NCBI GenBank assembly: GCA_963727445.1
Contig: CAVSGI010000008.1
Coordinates: forward strand, 160,001-224,000
Reading direction: 5' to 3'
Origin: an uncultured delta proteobacterium
GTDB lineage: Bacteria; Myxococcota_A; Polyangia; Polyangiales; B10-G4
DNA length: 64,000 nucleotides
The notes beneath the pieces are model-generated. The model was not told the origin of the DNA. It did no database searches and worked only from the letters and a program-made list of their open reading frames with translations. Both the position numbers and the translations under genes were made by a program. The first letter of the stretch is position 1. Each line of letters starts with the position of its first letter. Shown piece by piece: positions 22,227 through 36,540 of this stretch.

Positions 22227-22714
22227 CGCTTCCCCCGACCGCGACCCATCGCGCGCCTCGCCTCGTCGAGCGCGGCCTTGCGCTTGAGGTCCTCGCGCCG
22301 GTCGCCTACGTCCTTGCCCTTCGCGAGCCCGAGCTCGACCTTCGCCCAGCCGTCCTTGAAGTAGACGCGCAGCGGGATCAGCGTGAAGCCGCGCACCGAG
22401 AGCTTGCCCTCGAGACGCTCGAGCTCGTGCTTCTTCACGAGCAGCTTTCGCTTGTCCTTCTCCTCGTGCCCGAAGACTCCCGCCTGCTCGTAGGGCCCGA
22501 TGAACATCTTGTTGAGCCAGAGCTCCCCCCGTTCGAGGCTCGCGTAGGCCCCCTCGAGGTCCGCGCGCTTGGCCCGAAGCGACTTCACCTCCGAGCCCTT
22601 GAGCACCATCCCGGCCTCGAGGCGCTCCTGGATGTCGTAGCGCTTCGACGCCTTGCGGTTCGTACAGACGAGGAGCTCGCCCGGCACGTCGTTCTTCTTG
22701 CTCTTCTTACCCAC
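22223..22714 (-). CDS. smpB: SsrA-binding protein
   Basis: NRKASKRYDI..LEAGMVLKGSEVKSLR, RKLLVKKHE, GFTLIPLRVYF, LAKGK. Confidence 0.95.
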   Translation of the reverse strand: MGKKSKKNDVPGELLVCTNRKASKRYDIQERLEAGMVLKGSEVKSLRAKRADLEGAYASLERGELWLNKMFIGPYEQAGVFGHEEKDKRKLLVKKHELERLEGKLSVRGFTLIPLRVYFKDGWAKVELGLAKGKDVGDRREDLKRKAALDEARRAMGRGRGKR

Positions 22715-22732
22715 GGCGGAGCCGACCGGACC

Positions 22733-22897
22733 AGGGGGTGTCCCCCGTCTTCGGACCGAGAAGCCCGGGTAGATCGTGGTTTGCGGGGCGGTTCCCCGGC
22801 GACGAAGCGATGCCGAGTATCGGGCAGGAGCTGGGGGACGGACCGCGAGCCGCGAGATGCCTGGGATTCGACGGGAGCAAAACTGGGGACACCCCCT
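22733..22897. repeat. ~165-bp element with terminal inverted repeats
   Basis: AGGGGGTGTCCCC (22733-22745) and GGGGACACCCCCT (22885-22897) are exact reverse complements, extendable to 19 bp with 2 mismatches. Confidence 0.6.
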
Positions 22898-23801
22898 AAT
22901 CCTGTCCCGCCTCCGAGTCAACGTCCTGTCCGAGCTCCGGCTCCGGCCAGCCCCCGGCGATGTGCGCGCGCGCCGCCGCCACCCCGCGCGCCTGCGCCTC
23001 GCTCAGCACCAGCCCCGAAAGCGCCTCGTCGAAGGCCCGCACCTGCCGATTCGTCGACAATCCCCGCTCGCGCGCCATCGCCGCCAGCTCCACCGCTGCC
23101 CGATACGCTCCCTCCACGTCGAGCCCACGACGCGCCGCCACGAGCTCCTCCCGCACCCGCGCCTCCTCCGCGGCCCAATACGCTCCGTACGCGCTCGGTG
23201 ACGCCGGGCTGTACCCCGGCGGCCGCCGCGCGAGCAGCGCCGCCACCGTCGGCGTCCGTCCCCGCGACAGCGCGTAGAGCCGCACCCGCGTCACCAACTC
23301 CGGCTCCCCGTCCCCGTCGACGTCCACCACCTCCTCGACGCACGCGTCCACCCCGAAGCGCCCGAGCTCGAGCGGCACCTGAGTGACGCGCCCATCCGAC
23401 TCCACCCGCAAGAGCACCAGACACGTTCGCTCCTGCGCGGGATCCGCGCGCGCCACGATCAGCGCGTCGACGCCCTCCGCACGTCGCAGCGAGATCGCTT
23501 GCGCCACCTCCGTCTCCGGCACCTCCAGCGCCGCGGCGATCCCGCGCTCGGTGATCACCCGGATCGCGGTCCGTCCGTCATCAGGTCGCCGCGCATCGAA
23601 GGCGACCCAGCCCTCCCCTTCGAGCTCCTCACCGATCGTCCAGCCGCTCTCCGCGAGCCCAGCCCGGACCTCTGCCGCCTCAGTCCGCGGATCGACGCCC
23701 GCGCGAAAGGTCGCGATGTCGTGCGCGATCGCCGCGTTCTGCGCCTCGCCTCCGCAACCGAGCACGAGCGACAAGAGCATGGTCCACGAGGCCCGGTGCA
23801 C
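22896..23801 (-). CDS. Hypothetical lipoprotein
   Basis: LVLGC lipobox, DVDGDGEPEL FG-GAP-like motif. Confidence 0.7.
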   Translation of the reverse strand: MHRASWTMLLSLVLGCGGEAQNAAIAHDIATFRAGVDPRTEAAEVRAGLAESGWTIGEELEGEGWVAFDARRPDDGRTAIRVITERGIAAALEVPETEVAQAISLRRAEGVDALIVARADPAQERTCLVLLRVESDGRVTQVPLELGRFGVDACVEEVVDVDGDGEPELVTRVRLYALSRGRTPTVAALLARRPPGYSPASPSAYGAYWAAEEARVREELVAARRGLDVEGAYRAAVELAAMARERGLSTNRQVRAFDEALSGLVLSEAQARGVAAARAHIAGGWPEPELGQDVDSEAGQD

Positions 23802-23819
23802 GGCCGACAGTAGAGCACA

Positions 23820-24447
23820 TCAAGCGGCCGGCGCCCGCGCGAGCGTCAACGTCCGCACCTCCGCCCCCGCCTCCCGCAGGACCCGCGCCGCCTCCGCCAA
23901 CGTCGCCCCCGTGGTCCGCACGTCGTCCACCAGCAGCACCCGCCCCCCCACCGCGCGCCGGAGCCGAAACGCCCCGCGCACGTTGTCCTTGCGTGCGTCG
24001 GCGTCGAGCCCCACCTGCGGCCGCGTCGGCCGCACCCGCGAGAGCCGTCCCGCCACGAGCGGAACCCCCAGCGCCCGCGAAAGCGGCCGCGCCAGAAGCG
24101 CCGCCTGATTGAAGCCGCGCGACGCGAGGCGCGCGCGATGGAGCGGCACCGGCACCACCACGTCGACGAGCCCGCCGTACGCTGGCGCCGCCGCGACCAT
24201 CCGCTCCGAGAGCGCCGGCAACAGATCCAGCCGGCCGTCGTACTTCAGGCGTCGGATCGCGTCCGCCAGCGGGCCCGCGAAGACGTGCAGGCTCGCGCCC
24301 CGCGCCGGCGGACGCACCCCCTGTGGCGCATGGTCGACGAGGATCCCGCACCCACCACAGAAACCCTCCTCGTCCCCGACCAGCACCTCGTCACACGCCG
24401 CACAGCGATGAGGCGCGATCGAGATCGAGGAGCCCCTCGAAGACCAT
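23820..24447 (-). CDS. comF: ComF family phosphoribosyltransferase-like protein (+1 frameshift ~24421)
   Basis: APHRCAAC...FCGGC, LKY, VPVPLH..RGFNQ, LLVDDVRTTGAT. Confidence 0.88.
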
Positions 24448-24496
24448 CCGCGGCGAGAGCACCCCCCGTTATCGGCGCCGCCCGCCCCGAGTTGCG

Positions 24497-24949
24497 TCAG
24501 TGGTCGTAGGGCTCGCCACGCAGGATGGAAAACGCCCGGTAGAGCTGCTCCACCACGAAGAGCCGGCAGAGCCGATGCGGCAGCGTCATCTTCGACAGGC
24601 TCAGGCGCAGGTCCGCCGCTTTGCTCGTCTCCTTCGGCAGCCCGTACGCCCCGCCGATCAACAAGCAGAGCTCCGAGACGCCCTCCCCCTCGCAGCGCCC
24701 GACGTATTCCGCGAGCCCCGCGCTCGACAGCGCCTTGCCTTCGACCTCGAGCGCCACCACCCGGCTCCGCTCACCGATGGCCTTTTCGAAGCGCGCGCGC
24801 ACCTCGTCCTCGCTCCCATCCTTGAGCTCGACCTCTTCGAAGCGCGCGTGCCGCCCGATGCGCTTTTCGTAGTCGTCGATCGCCTCGCGGATGCCGCGCT
24901 CCTTCACGCGACCCACCGCGATCACGCGCACCCGCAGAGACCCGGCCAC
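24497..24949 (-). CDS. rlmH: 23S rRNA pseudouridine1915 N3-methyltransferase
   Basis: IGGAYGL, LSLSKMTLPH, EQLYRAFSILRGEPYDH. Confidence 0.93.
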   Translation of the reverse strand: MAGSLRVRVIAVGRVKERGIREAIDDYEKRIGRHARFEEVELKDGSEDEVRARFEKAIGERSRVVALEVEGKALSSAGLAEYVGRCEGEGVSELCLLIGGAYGLPKETSKAADLRLSLSKMTLPHRLCRLFVVEQLYRAFSILRGEPYDH

Positions 24950-24963
24950 GCCTCAGCTCACGC

Positions 24964-25401
24964 TCACGCGGAGCGCTGCTCTTCTTCTTCGAAGTTCACG
25001 CGCGCGGCGTCGATCCACAGCGACTCGAGGTCGTAGTAGCCGCGCGTGTCCTGATGGAAGATGTGAACGATCGCTTCGCCGAAGTCCATGAGCACCCACG
25101 TGCCCTGCGGAAGACCTTCGACGCCGAGGGCATGCACCCCGTGCGCCTTCTTCATGTCTTCCTCGATCCCCTTCGCGATGGCGTTCACCTGACGGTCGCT
25201 CCGACCGCTCATCACCACCACGTAGTCCGCGTAGTCGACCTTGCCGCGCACGTCGATGATCTCGACGTTGAGCGCTTTCTTGTCGAGGCCCGCGCCCGCG
25301 ATCGCGAGCGCCAGCCCCTGGCCCGAAAGCTCGGGTGCGTCCTTGTTGCCCCCCTTCGGCTTCTTCTTGGTCTTGGACTTCCCGGCTTTGGCTTTGGTCA
25401 A
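24964..25401 (-). CDS. rsfS: Ribosome silencing factor
   Basis: DKKALNVEIIDV..ADYVVV.SG.SDRQV, WVLMDFG..IVHIF..RGYYDLESLW; TTG start after GGAG. Confidence 0.93.
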   Translation of the reverse strand: MTKAKAGKSKTKKKPKGGNKDAPELSGQGLALAIAGAGLDKKALNVEIIDVRGKVDYADYVVVMSGRSDRQVNAIAKGIEEDMKKAHGVHALGVEGLPQGTWVLMDFGEAIVHIFHQDTRGYYDLESLWIDAARVNFEEEEQRSA

Positions 25402-25415
25402 ATGCGATCTCCCAT

Positions 25416-26694
25416 CTAGGAACCACCCCTGGTCTGCCCACTGCCGTAGGCAACCCACTTCTCTGCACAGAGCTCCTCGAGGCCCATCGGGCCGTACGCG
25501 TGGAGCTTCGTGGTCGATATCCCGATCTCGGCGCCGAGCCCCAGCTCCCCGCCGTCGTTGAAACGCGTCGAGGCGTTGGCCAGCACCAGGCTCGCGTCGA
25601 CTTCGCGCACGAAGCGCCGCGCCTTGTCGTAGCTCGAGGTCACGATGGCTTCGGTGTGATTCGAGCCGTGCTTCGCGATGTGTTCGAGTGCGCCTTCGAT
25701 ACCGTCGACGATACCGACGGAAAGGATCAGGTCCAAGTACTCAGTGTCCCAATCCTCCTCGGTCGCCTCGGCGCAATCCGGGGTCAGCGCCCGGACCCGA
25801 ACATCGCCTCGTAGGCTCACACCCTTGTCGCGCAAGGCCGCCACCACACGTGGCACGAATTCTGCGGCGCAGGCCTCGTCCACCAGGAGCGTCTCCATCG
25901 CGTTGCACACCCCGGGCCGGTGCGTCTTGGCATCGAGAGCGATCGCCACCGCCCGGTCGAGGTCCGCGTCCCCGTCGACGTAGACGTGGCAGACCCCTTT
26001 GTAGTGCTGGATCACCGGCACCCGTGCGTTGTCCGCCACGAAGCGAATCAGCGACTCACCGCCGCGCGGGATGATCAGGTCGACGATCCCCTCGAGGCCG
26101 ATCATCACAAGCGTCGCTTCCCGATCCGTCGTCGGCAGCAGCGTCACCGACGCCGCCGGCAGCCCCTCGGCCTCGAGCGCCGCGCTGAAGACCTGCGCGA
26201 TGGCCTGGTTGCTCCGGAACGCTTCCTTGCCGCCGCGGAGCAGCGTCGCGTTGCCGCTCTTCAGGCAGAGCGCCGCCGCGTCGGCGGTCACGTTCGGGCG
26301 CGACTCGTAGATGATGCCGATCACGCCGAGGGGCACCTTCATCCGGCCGACCGAGAGGCCGCTCTCGAGGGTGCGCATCTCGCGCACCCTGCCCACCGGG
26401 TCGTCGAGTCGCGCCACGTGCTCCACCGCGTCGGCGACTGCATCGAGGCGCTCCGAGGTGAGCGTCAATCGAATCAATCATCGCCTTCGACAGGCCGTCC
26501 TTCACCGCCGCTTCGACGTCGCTCTCGTTGGCGTCGAGGATGGTCGGCTTCGCCTCGCCGCGGAGCGTCGCCGCCACCCGCCTGAGCACCGCGTTCTTCC
26601 GCGCCGGCGTGAGGCTCCCGAGCACCCGTGACGCGGCCTTCGCCTCGCTGGCCAGCGTCGTCACCTGACGCCGGATGTCCGAACTCTCGCTCAC
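25416..26694 (-). CDS. proA: Gamma-glutamyl phosphate reductase (frameshift ~26470)
   Basis: VPLGVIGIIYESRPNVT, KSGNA, IPRGG, CNAMETLLV, NASTRFNDG, EIGISTTKLHAYGPMG. Confidence 0.95.
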
Positions 26695-26719
26695 GTGCCT
26701 CGATGGAAGCTTAGCAGAT

Positions 26720-27817
26720 TCAGGTGACGACCATGTCGTTGCGGTGAACGATCTCCTCACCGCCGAAGCGCCCGATCCGCGCCTCGATCTCGTCGCTCTT
26801 CGCCCCCGCGAGACGCGCCACGTCCTTGGTCGAGTACCGCGAAAGCCCCCGGGCGAGCTCCTTGCCGTCGGCGTCCACCACCAGCACCGCGTCTCCGGCG
26901 TCGAAGTCGCCCCGCACCCCGATGACCCCTGCCGGCAAGAGGCTCTTCTGCTTGTCGGTCAGCGCCCGCGCCGCCCCGCCGTCCACCACGATGGTCCCCC
27001 GCGGCTTGAGCGTGTAGGCGATCCAATGCTTGCGGCTGGCGAGCTTGGCGCCCGCCGGCAGGAAGAGCGTCCCCACCTCCTCGCCGCGCAGGATCGCCGC
27101 GAGCGTCGTCTCGTCGCGCGCGTCGCCTATCACCACCGGCACACCCCGCTTGGTCGCGCGCCGCGCCGCGTCCACCTTCGAGCCCATGCCGCCTCGCCCG
27201 TGCCCGCTCTTTTCGGGACGCACGTGGTCCTCGGCGCGGTCGCCGTCGGCCACCACCGGCACGACCTCCCCCGCGTCGTCGAGGAGCCCCTCGACGTCGG
27301 TCATCAGCACCAGGAGGTCCGCTCCCACCAGCGTCGCCACCATCGCGGCCAGCTGATCGTTGTCGCCGAAGCGGATCTCCTCCACCGCCACCGTGTCGTT
27401 CTCGTTGATCACCGGGATGGCGCCGGTGCTGAGCAAGGCCTCGAGCGCCGCGCGCGCATTCAAGTAACGGTCGCGATCGGAGAGATCGGCGTGCGTCAGG
27501 AGCACCTGCGCGAGCGGCGCCTTCACCTCGTCCGCGCCGAAGGCACGCTCCCATGCGTGCATCAGCGACGACTGCCCCGCCGCCGCCGCCGCCTGAAGCA
27601 GCGCGATCGACCGCGTCTTGGGATCGATGCCCAGGCGATCGAGCCCGCGCGCGATCGCGCCGCTCGACACCAGCACCACCTGACGACCGTCCCTGCGCGC
27701 CGCCGCGATGGCGTGCGCGAGCGAGACGAAGCGCTCGTCGCCCTTCGCGAGTGTGGTGCTCCCCACCTTCACCACGACGCGCTTGACCTCGCGGAGCGCC
27801 TTGCGCGCGTCGCTCAC
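26720..27817 (-). CDS. proB: Glutamate 5-kinase
   Basis: VVKVGSTT, VSSGAI, INENDTV, FGDNDQL, GGMGSKV, C-terminal PUA domain. Confidence 0.95.
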   Translation of the reverse strand: MSDARKALREVKRVVVKVGSTTLAKGDERFVSLAHAIAAARRDGRQVVLVSSGAIARGLDRLGIDPKTRSIALLQAAAAAGQSSLMHAWERAFGADEVKAPLAQVLLTHADLSDRDRYLNARAALEALLSTGAIPVINENDTVAVEEIRFGDNDQLAAMVATLVGADLLVLMTDVEGLLDDAGEVVPVVADGDRAEDHVRPEKSGHGRGGMGSKVDAARRATKRGVPVVIGDARDETTLAAILRGEEVGTLFLPAGAKLASRKHWIAYTLKPRGTIVVDGGAARALTDKQKSLLPAGVIGVRGDFDAGDAVLVVDADGKELARGLSRYSTKDVARLAGAKSDEIEARIGRFGGEEIVHRNDMVVT

Positions 27818-28503
27818 GGCTGCCCCTCCGCCTGCAGCGCCCGATCGAAGGCCGCCCGGAGGCGCGCGAGGATCGACTCCGGCGAATCCGCCGCCGCGTC
27901 GAGGAGCGTGTCGACCGCGCGCTCGATCGGGCTCCGGTCCTCGTCGTCGAGGCCGGCGGCCGCGCGCAGCGCCTCGCCGAACGTCTTGAACACGCCGCCA
28001 GGCGCGAGGCGCAGCGCCTCGAGCACCGCGTCCACTTCCGCCGAGTCCATCGCATGCCGGATGCGGATCGCCTCGTCCCGACTCAGGGCCGCACCCTTCG
28101 GCCGCTCGGCGACCGTGAGGTGATGGTCGAGGAGGATGGCGGCTGCCCAGGTCGAGACGGCGTCGTCGACCCGCGACGCGATGCGCAGGGGCGCGAAGGC
28201 GCTCGCCACCGCCGAGCGCAGCCAACGCCCCTTCGGATCGCGGTTCACCCGCCCGCCGGACAGAACGTCACGCGCACCCCGGCTCAACCGGACATCGTGT
28301 CGCCTGGCCACCCGCCGGAGCGCCGCACCCCGCGCGAGCCCCGACAGGAGGCGGTCGGCGAAAGGCACGGGGACCGCCGTCGCCAGCCCCGCCGCCGCCG
28401 CGTAGATGCCCACCCGCGGCGCCGTTTCAGGCTCCGCTTCCTCCGACAAGTCGTCGGGCGCATCGGTCGCGAGGTCGGACCCACCTTCCATCGGCGGCAT
28501 CAT
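27814..28503 (-). CDS. Hypothetical protein (VPVPF motif)
   Basis: 229-aa ORF overlapping proB start; resembles ORF 53712..54461. Confidence 0.65.
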   Translation of the reverse strand: MMPPMEGGSDLATDAPDDLSEEAEPETAPRVGIYAAAAGLATAVPVPFADRLLSGLARGAALRRVARRHDVRLSRGARDVLSGGRVNRDPKGRWLRSAVASAFAPLRIASRVDDAVSTWAAAILLDHHLTVAERPKGAALSRDEAIRIRHAMDSAEVDAVLEALRLAPGGVFKTFGEALRAAAGLDDEDRSPIERAVDTLLDAAADSPESILARLRAAFDRALQAEGQP

Positions 28504-28574
28504 AAACCCTCTGTGGCTTTTCGCCGCTCGCGGAAATGTCCGAGCGGAGCGCGGTGTGTTCTAGAGTGCGTCTG

Positions 28575-29565
28575 ATGCTGGCCTCCGACATCCCGCCCTG
28601 GCTCGTGCGCGTCTTCGCGTTCGCCTTCGGCGCGGTCTGGGGCAGCTTCTTCAACGTCGCCATCTACAGGTGGCCTCGTGAGATGAGCGTGGTGACGCCG
28701 CCCAGCCACTGCCCGGCCTGCGGCGAGCCGATCCCGATGACGAAGAACGTGCCCATCTTCGGCTGGCTGGCGCTTCGCGGCAAAGCCGCCTGCTGCGGCG
28801 CGCCCATCAACCCGCGCTATCCGCTGGTGGAGCTCGTCAGCGCCATGCTCGCGGTCGCCCTCACCGAGCGCTTCATCGTGAACGCCGCCCCCGAGATGGA
28901 GCTCTGGGCCGCCGGCGTTCGAGCGGCCGTCTACTTCGTCTTCGTCGGCGGCCTGGTGGTGGCGAGCTTCGTCGACCTCGACTTCATGGAGATCCCGGAC
29001 GAGGTCTCACTGCCTGGCACGGCGCTCGGTCTTGTCACCGTGACCTTCCGCGAGTTTCCGGGCCCGGTGGACGCGGCCATCGGCGCCGGCGCCGGCTACC
29101 TCCTCGTGCAGGTCGTCTTCGTGTGGTCGTACGAACGCCTCGCCGGGCGTCGCGGGATGGGCGAGGGCGACTCGAAGCTGCTGATGATGATCGGCGCCTT
29201 CCTCGGTTGGCAGGGCGCGCTCGCCGCCCTGGTCCTCGGCGCCTTTCAGGGTCTCGCCATCGCGGCCATCTTCCTCGCCGCCGGCAAGCGCTACGAGCCC
29301 CCGGGGCTCGCCGAGTGGGAGGCGGCGGAGGCCGCGCGGGAGAAGGCGGCGCGCGGGAACGAGAACGAGAGCGGGAACGGGAACGGGAACGAGGAACGGG
29401 AACGGGAACGGGAACGAGGACGTGGACGGGGACGCTGACGAGGACGAGGAGATGCCTGTTGGACGGCTCAAGATCCCCTACGGCCCGTTCCTCGCCCTCG
29501 GCGCCTTCGAGTTCCTCTTCTTCGGCGACTACCTGGTCGACAAGTACGTGTCGCTCTTCTTCTGA
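28575..29565 (+). CDS. pilD: Prepilin peptidase/N-methyltransferase (frameshift in hexamer repeat ~29392)
   Basis: GSFFNVAIYRWP, SHCPAC, RYPLVE, GMGEGDSKL; C-terminus IPYGPFLALG in the shifted frame. Confidence 0.9.
29355..29451 (+). repeat. Degenerate hexanucleotide tandem repeat (GGGAAC/GAGGAC)n inside pilD
   Basis: About 16 units; one 7-nt unit GAGGAAC at 29391-29397 breaks the frame. Confidence 0.85.
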
Positions 29566-29571
29566 AGCCGC

Positions 29572-31581
29572 TCAGCGAACCGCGATCACGCGGCGAACGA
29601 TCACGTCGCCTTGATCCCCGCTCGGCGCCTCGTCGATGGCCGTCTTGTCCGGGCTGGCCTCGGCGAACTCGTCCTCGGCCGGCGACTCGGCGTCGATGGC
29701 GGCGACGATCTGCCGAACTTCGTCCTTGCGCATGTCCATCGTCGTCAGGTCTTCGTCGACGTCGTCGTCCGGCACCGACTCGCCCACGATGGTGGGCTCC
29801 TCCTCGTCCTCCCAGAGCGGCGCCTCCGCCGCGGCCTCGCGCGCGGATACCTCGGCCTCGGCCTTCTTTCGGAGGTACGCGTGGTCTGCCGTGGCTGGGA
29901 GCGACGGCCCGAAGTCGATGGGGATGTCCTCTTCCATCGGCGGCGCCAGCGCGTCGATCGCCGCGCCCGCGGCCGGAACACGTGGGTCCGCCATCATCCC
30001 CCCGTCGTCCATCGTGCTCATCACGCTGTCCGCCGGCTCGTCCGGAGTGGACAGGACGTCCTCGCCCGGCATGGTCTTGATCTGCGGCACGGCCCCGCTG
30101 TCGATGAGGTCGCGGATCTCGCCGGCACGACGCGCATAGCGCTCGCGGTCGGGGTAGACGCGCGCGAGGCGCTCGTAGATCCGCAGCGCCCGCTCGGCGT
30201 AGCCCTGCTTGAGCATGAGCTCGGCCATCTTGTCCGGGTCGCCGATCTCGGTGGACACCTCTTCCCAATCCGAGGCCTTCGCCTTGTTGTCGGCGCCCCA
30301 CCCGTCCGCCGATGGACGGCCGGACTTCTTGAGGAGGTTGGGCGAGGTGATGGGCTTCTTCTTCCTGCCCGGTACCTTGACCGACAGCTCGCGCGTGTGG
30401 TCCTCGAAGGTCTGATCGGGATAGGGCCCCGAGGGAGCCGTGCCGGGGATCAAAGGCTCGTTCGGGACAGACGCCTCGGGCTCGCTGAGCCGCGCCACCT
30501 GCGCGCGCAGCTCGTTGGCGTTCACGCGACGCGTGGGCTCTTCGAGGATCGGCGCACCCGGCACCGGCACCGCCTCGGGCCGGAGGTTGCGCGTCGCCTC
30601 CGCCGGGAGGTCGTCCGCGTGAGCCTTGGCGGTCTGGCGCAGCGGATCCACCGAGGAGCGGTCCGGCACGTGCGTCGCCGGCTCGTCGACGACCGCGCCG
30701 AGCGCCTTCTTCACCGTCTGCACGTCGTCCAGATACGCACGCGCCCGCTCGTTCATCGGATCGGAGATGACGAGCTTGCGGAACATCCGCTCGGCCACGT
30801 CGAAGTTGCACATCCGCACTTGAAAGAGCGCGACGTTGATGCCGGTCATCGGCTGAGTGCGCATCGCCGCGGTGTTCACCTCGGCGTTGATCCGGCCCAT
30901 CGCGTCGACGATGCGGCCGAGGGCCACGATCACCGCGTGGGCATTCGAATCGCGCGGATGCGCATCGAAGTACCGCTTCGCCACCTCGAGGGCGCCCGGG
31001 AGATCGCGCGCCCGGAGCTGCTCCTGCATGGCCTCCCCGACCGCCGTCATCGCATGGATCTCGGCGCTCGGGCGAGCGGAGGGCGCCGCGTCCAACAGGA
31101 GCTGGGACAGGAGGTGATGGCGGCGCTCGGCCCAGGCCGGCAGCCCGCGTCCCGTCGCCACGTACTCGTCGAAGGTCATCAGCGCCACCGATGCGGCGCC
31201 ACGGCGGATCTCCTCGTCGGCGTCCCTGAGGTCCGCGGGCGCGTCCTCGGGGATGGGGCCGAGGATCTCGTAGAGCTCGTTGGCGAGATCGCGTCCCGAC
31301 GACAGCTGCGTGAGGCGCGCCCCTTCGAGCAGGCAGATCGCCTCGATGATCCAGCCGCGCCGCGCGTAGGTGCGCGCCATCGAGACGTTGAGGTCCATGT
31401 CGGGACCGTAGACCGACGAGTCGGGCCGGGCCTCCACCGCCTTGAGGAGCGCTGCGCAGGCCATCTCCCCCGGGTCCCGTGTCACCGCCGCCCGGAGCAG
31501 ATTGAGCGCGGCGTCGCGCGCGCCCATCTTCAAGAGGACGCGCGCCACGTGGTCCGTCGGGGGCAGCTCGCTCTGGTTCAT
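29572..31581 (-). CDS. Hypothetical TPR-like protein with acidic C-terminal region
   Basis: Long ORF with TPR-like helices (MAELMLKQGYAERALRIYERL); start uncertain. Confidence 0.7.
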   Translation of the reverse strand: MNQSELPPTDHVARVLLKMGARDAALNLLRAAVTRDPGEMACAALLKAVEARPDSSVYGPDMDLNVSMARTYARRGWIIEAICLLEGARLTQLSSGRDLANELYEILGPIPEDAPADLRDADEEIRRGAASVALMTFDEYVATGRGLPAWAERRHHLLSQLLLDAAPSARPSAEIHAMTAVGEAMQEQLRARDLPGALEVAKRYFDAHPRDSNAHAVIVALGRIVDAMGRINAEVNTAAMRTQPMTGINVALFQVRMCNFDVAERMFRKLVISDPMNERARAYLDDVQTVKKALGAVVDEPATHVPDRSSVDPLRQTAKAHADDLPAEATRNLRPEAVPVPGAPILEEPTRRVNANELRAQVARLSEPEASVPNEPLIPGTAPSGPYPDQTFEDHTRELSVKVPGRKKKPITSPNLLKKSGRPSADGWGADNKAKASDWEEVSTEIGDPDKMAELMLKQGYAERALRIYERLARVYPDRERYARRAGEIRDLIDSGAVPQIKTMPGEDVLSTPDEPADSVMSTMDDGGMMADPRVPAAGAAIDALAPPMEEDIPIDFGPSLPATADHAYLRKKAEAEVSAREAAAEAPLWEDEEEPTIVGESVPDDDVDEDLTTMDMRKDEVRQIVAAIDAESPAEDEFAEASPDKTAIDEAPSGDQGDVIVRRVIAVR

Positions 31582-31624
31582 CCGATCGGCTCGCTCGGGG
31601 ACGATCCCCAACGAACCGACGGTA

Positions 31625-32302
31625 TCACACGGTCGGCAGCGGCCGGAACCAGCGGAACATCAGCCAGAGGTTGATGAGCACGAAGGCGACACAGAGGAAG
31701 GCCAGAACCAGCGCCCAGCCGTAGGTCCCGGGCGCCTCGTCGGTGAGCAGGAGGAAGGACTCGCTCGACACCGGCACGTCCATCTGGCCGTCGAGGTAGC
31801 GACGGACCTCCCCGAAGCGACCCCCGAGCTGACCGAAGGTGACCAGGCGTCCCGAGAACTCCCGCCGGGAGAGGTTCCGCTCGTCGCGGGGCCCCGCGAG
31901 AGGGATCTGGACGAAGACGTTCCTCTGCCCCGCCAGCGGGAAGACCGCGTAGGTCGAGCCCGAGACCAGCCGGCTGTAGCGGACCATCTTCGAGGCCATC
32001 GGCGTGCCCTCGATCCGGACGAAGGTGTTGGGGCGCAGGGTGGCCGGGGTGAGCTCGGAGATGTCGCCCAGGTCGGCCGCGGTGTTGTTGGCGAAGAAGT
32101 AGCCGACGTCTGCCCGGAGCGAGAGGAGGAAGGCCAGGGAGGCCACCACCGTCAGGGCCATCACGGTCATGGCCGCGAGGCGCCGGCCCCGCGGGGGCGC
32201 CGGTAGCGCCTCGAGCTCGGGATCGACCTCTTCTCGGACCTGGGGCGCCTCGGCCGTCTGATTCGCGCTGCTCACGATCCCTCTGACACCCACTATCGCC
32301 AA
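31625..32302 (-). CDS. Hypothetical membrane protein (2 TM)
   Basis: N- and C-terminal hydrophobic helices; start uncertain. Confidence 0.7.
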   Translation of the reverse strand: MAIVGVRGIVSSANQTAEAPQVREEVDPELEALPAPPRGRRLAAMTVMALTVVASLAFLLSLRADVGYFFANNTAADLGDISELTPATLRPNTFVRIEGTPMASKMVRYSRLVSGSTYAVFPLAGQRNVFVQIPLAGPRDERNLSRREFSGRLVTFGQLGGRFGEVRRYLDGQMDVPVSSESFLLLTDEAPGTYGWALVLAFLCVAFVLINLWLMFRWFRPLPTV

Positions 32303-32365
32303 AGGTTCGCGCCAGACAAGCGCCTGGCCGAATTCTGGGGTTTCAGGCCGGAGCGGCCGCCCAGA

Positions 32366-32707
32366 TCAGCTCTTTTTGCGGTGGGTGCCCCTGTCGTTGC
32401 GATAGTGGTCGAGGAGGCGGGGGGTCGACCAGGACGCGAAACGGGCCTTGTAGCCCTCGTCCTTGGTGCGCTTCTCCTTCTCGAGGATCGCAGCGATGAG
32501 CTTGTCGCGGGAGCCGAACTCCGTCTTCACGGTCGAAAGGACGTCGTGGAGGTGGAGGAGCTTCTTGTTGGAGATGAGCTCGAGGCCCTTGTCCTCGTTG
32601 AGGCGATCGGCCCAGAGGTCGTCCTTGACGAGATCCTTGACGGCAGAGACCAGCCCGGCCTTGTCCGTGAAGCGCTCTTGAACCTGTTGAAGCGGCGACT
32701 TCTGCAT
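32366..32707 (-). CDS. Small basic hypothetical protein
   Basis: GGGAG RBS; MQKSPLQQVQERF...SNKKLLHL...FGSRDKL; strong codon bias. Confidence 0.75.
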   Translation of the reverse strand: MQKSPLQQVQERFTDKAGLVSAVKDLVKDDLWADRLNEDKGLELISNKKLLHLHDVLSTVKTEFGSRDKLIAAILEKEKRTKDEGYKARFASWSTPRLLDHYRNDRGTHRKKS

Positions 32708-32885
32708 TTTCTTCTCCCGAAGGGTCGGCGTACGTATCACGCGCCCAAAGGGGGTGCAAGCCGGGCCAGGAGCCCGACCCCGCGGGCCGTTCGCCCCCCT
32801 ATCCCCCTCGGATCAGAAGACTTTCCTCGGAGGTGGCCCAACCCCCTGGATCCGCGACCCCGCCTCGCCTATCAAGGCCCGACCG

Positions 32886-36536
<3,651 letters not shown>

Positions 36537-36540
<4 letters not shown>

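Noticed and set aside
22746..22884. tmRNA next to smpB
   Set aside because: Too short; no GGGGCTG 5' end, tag ORF or T-arm/CCA end
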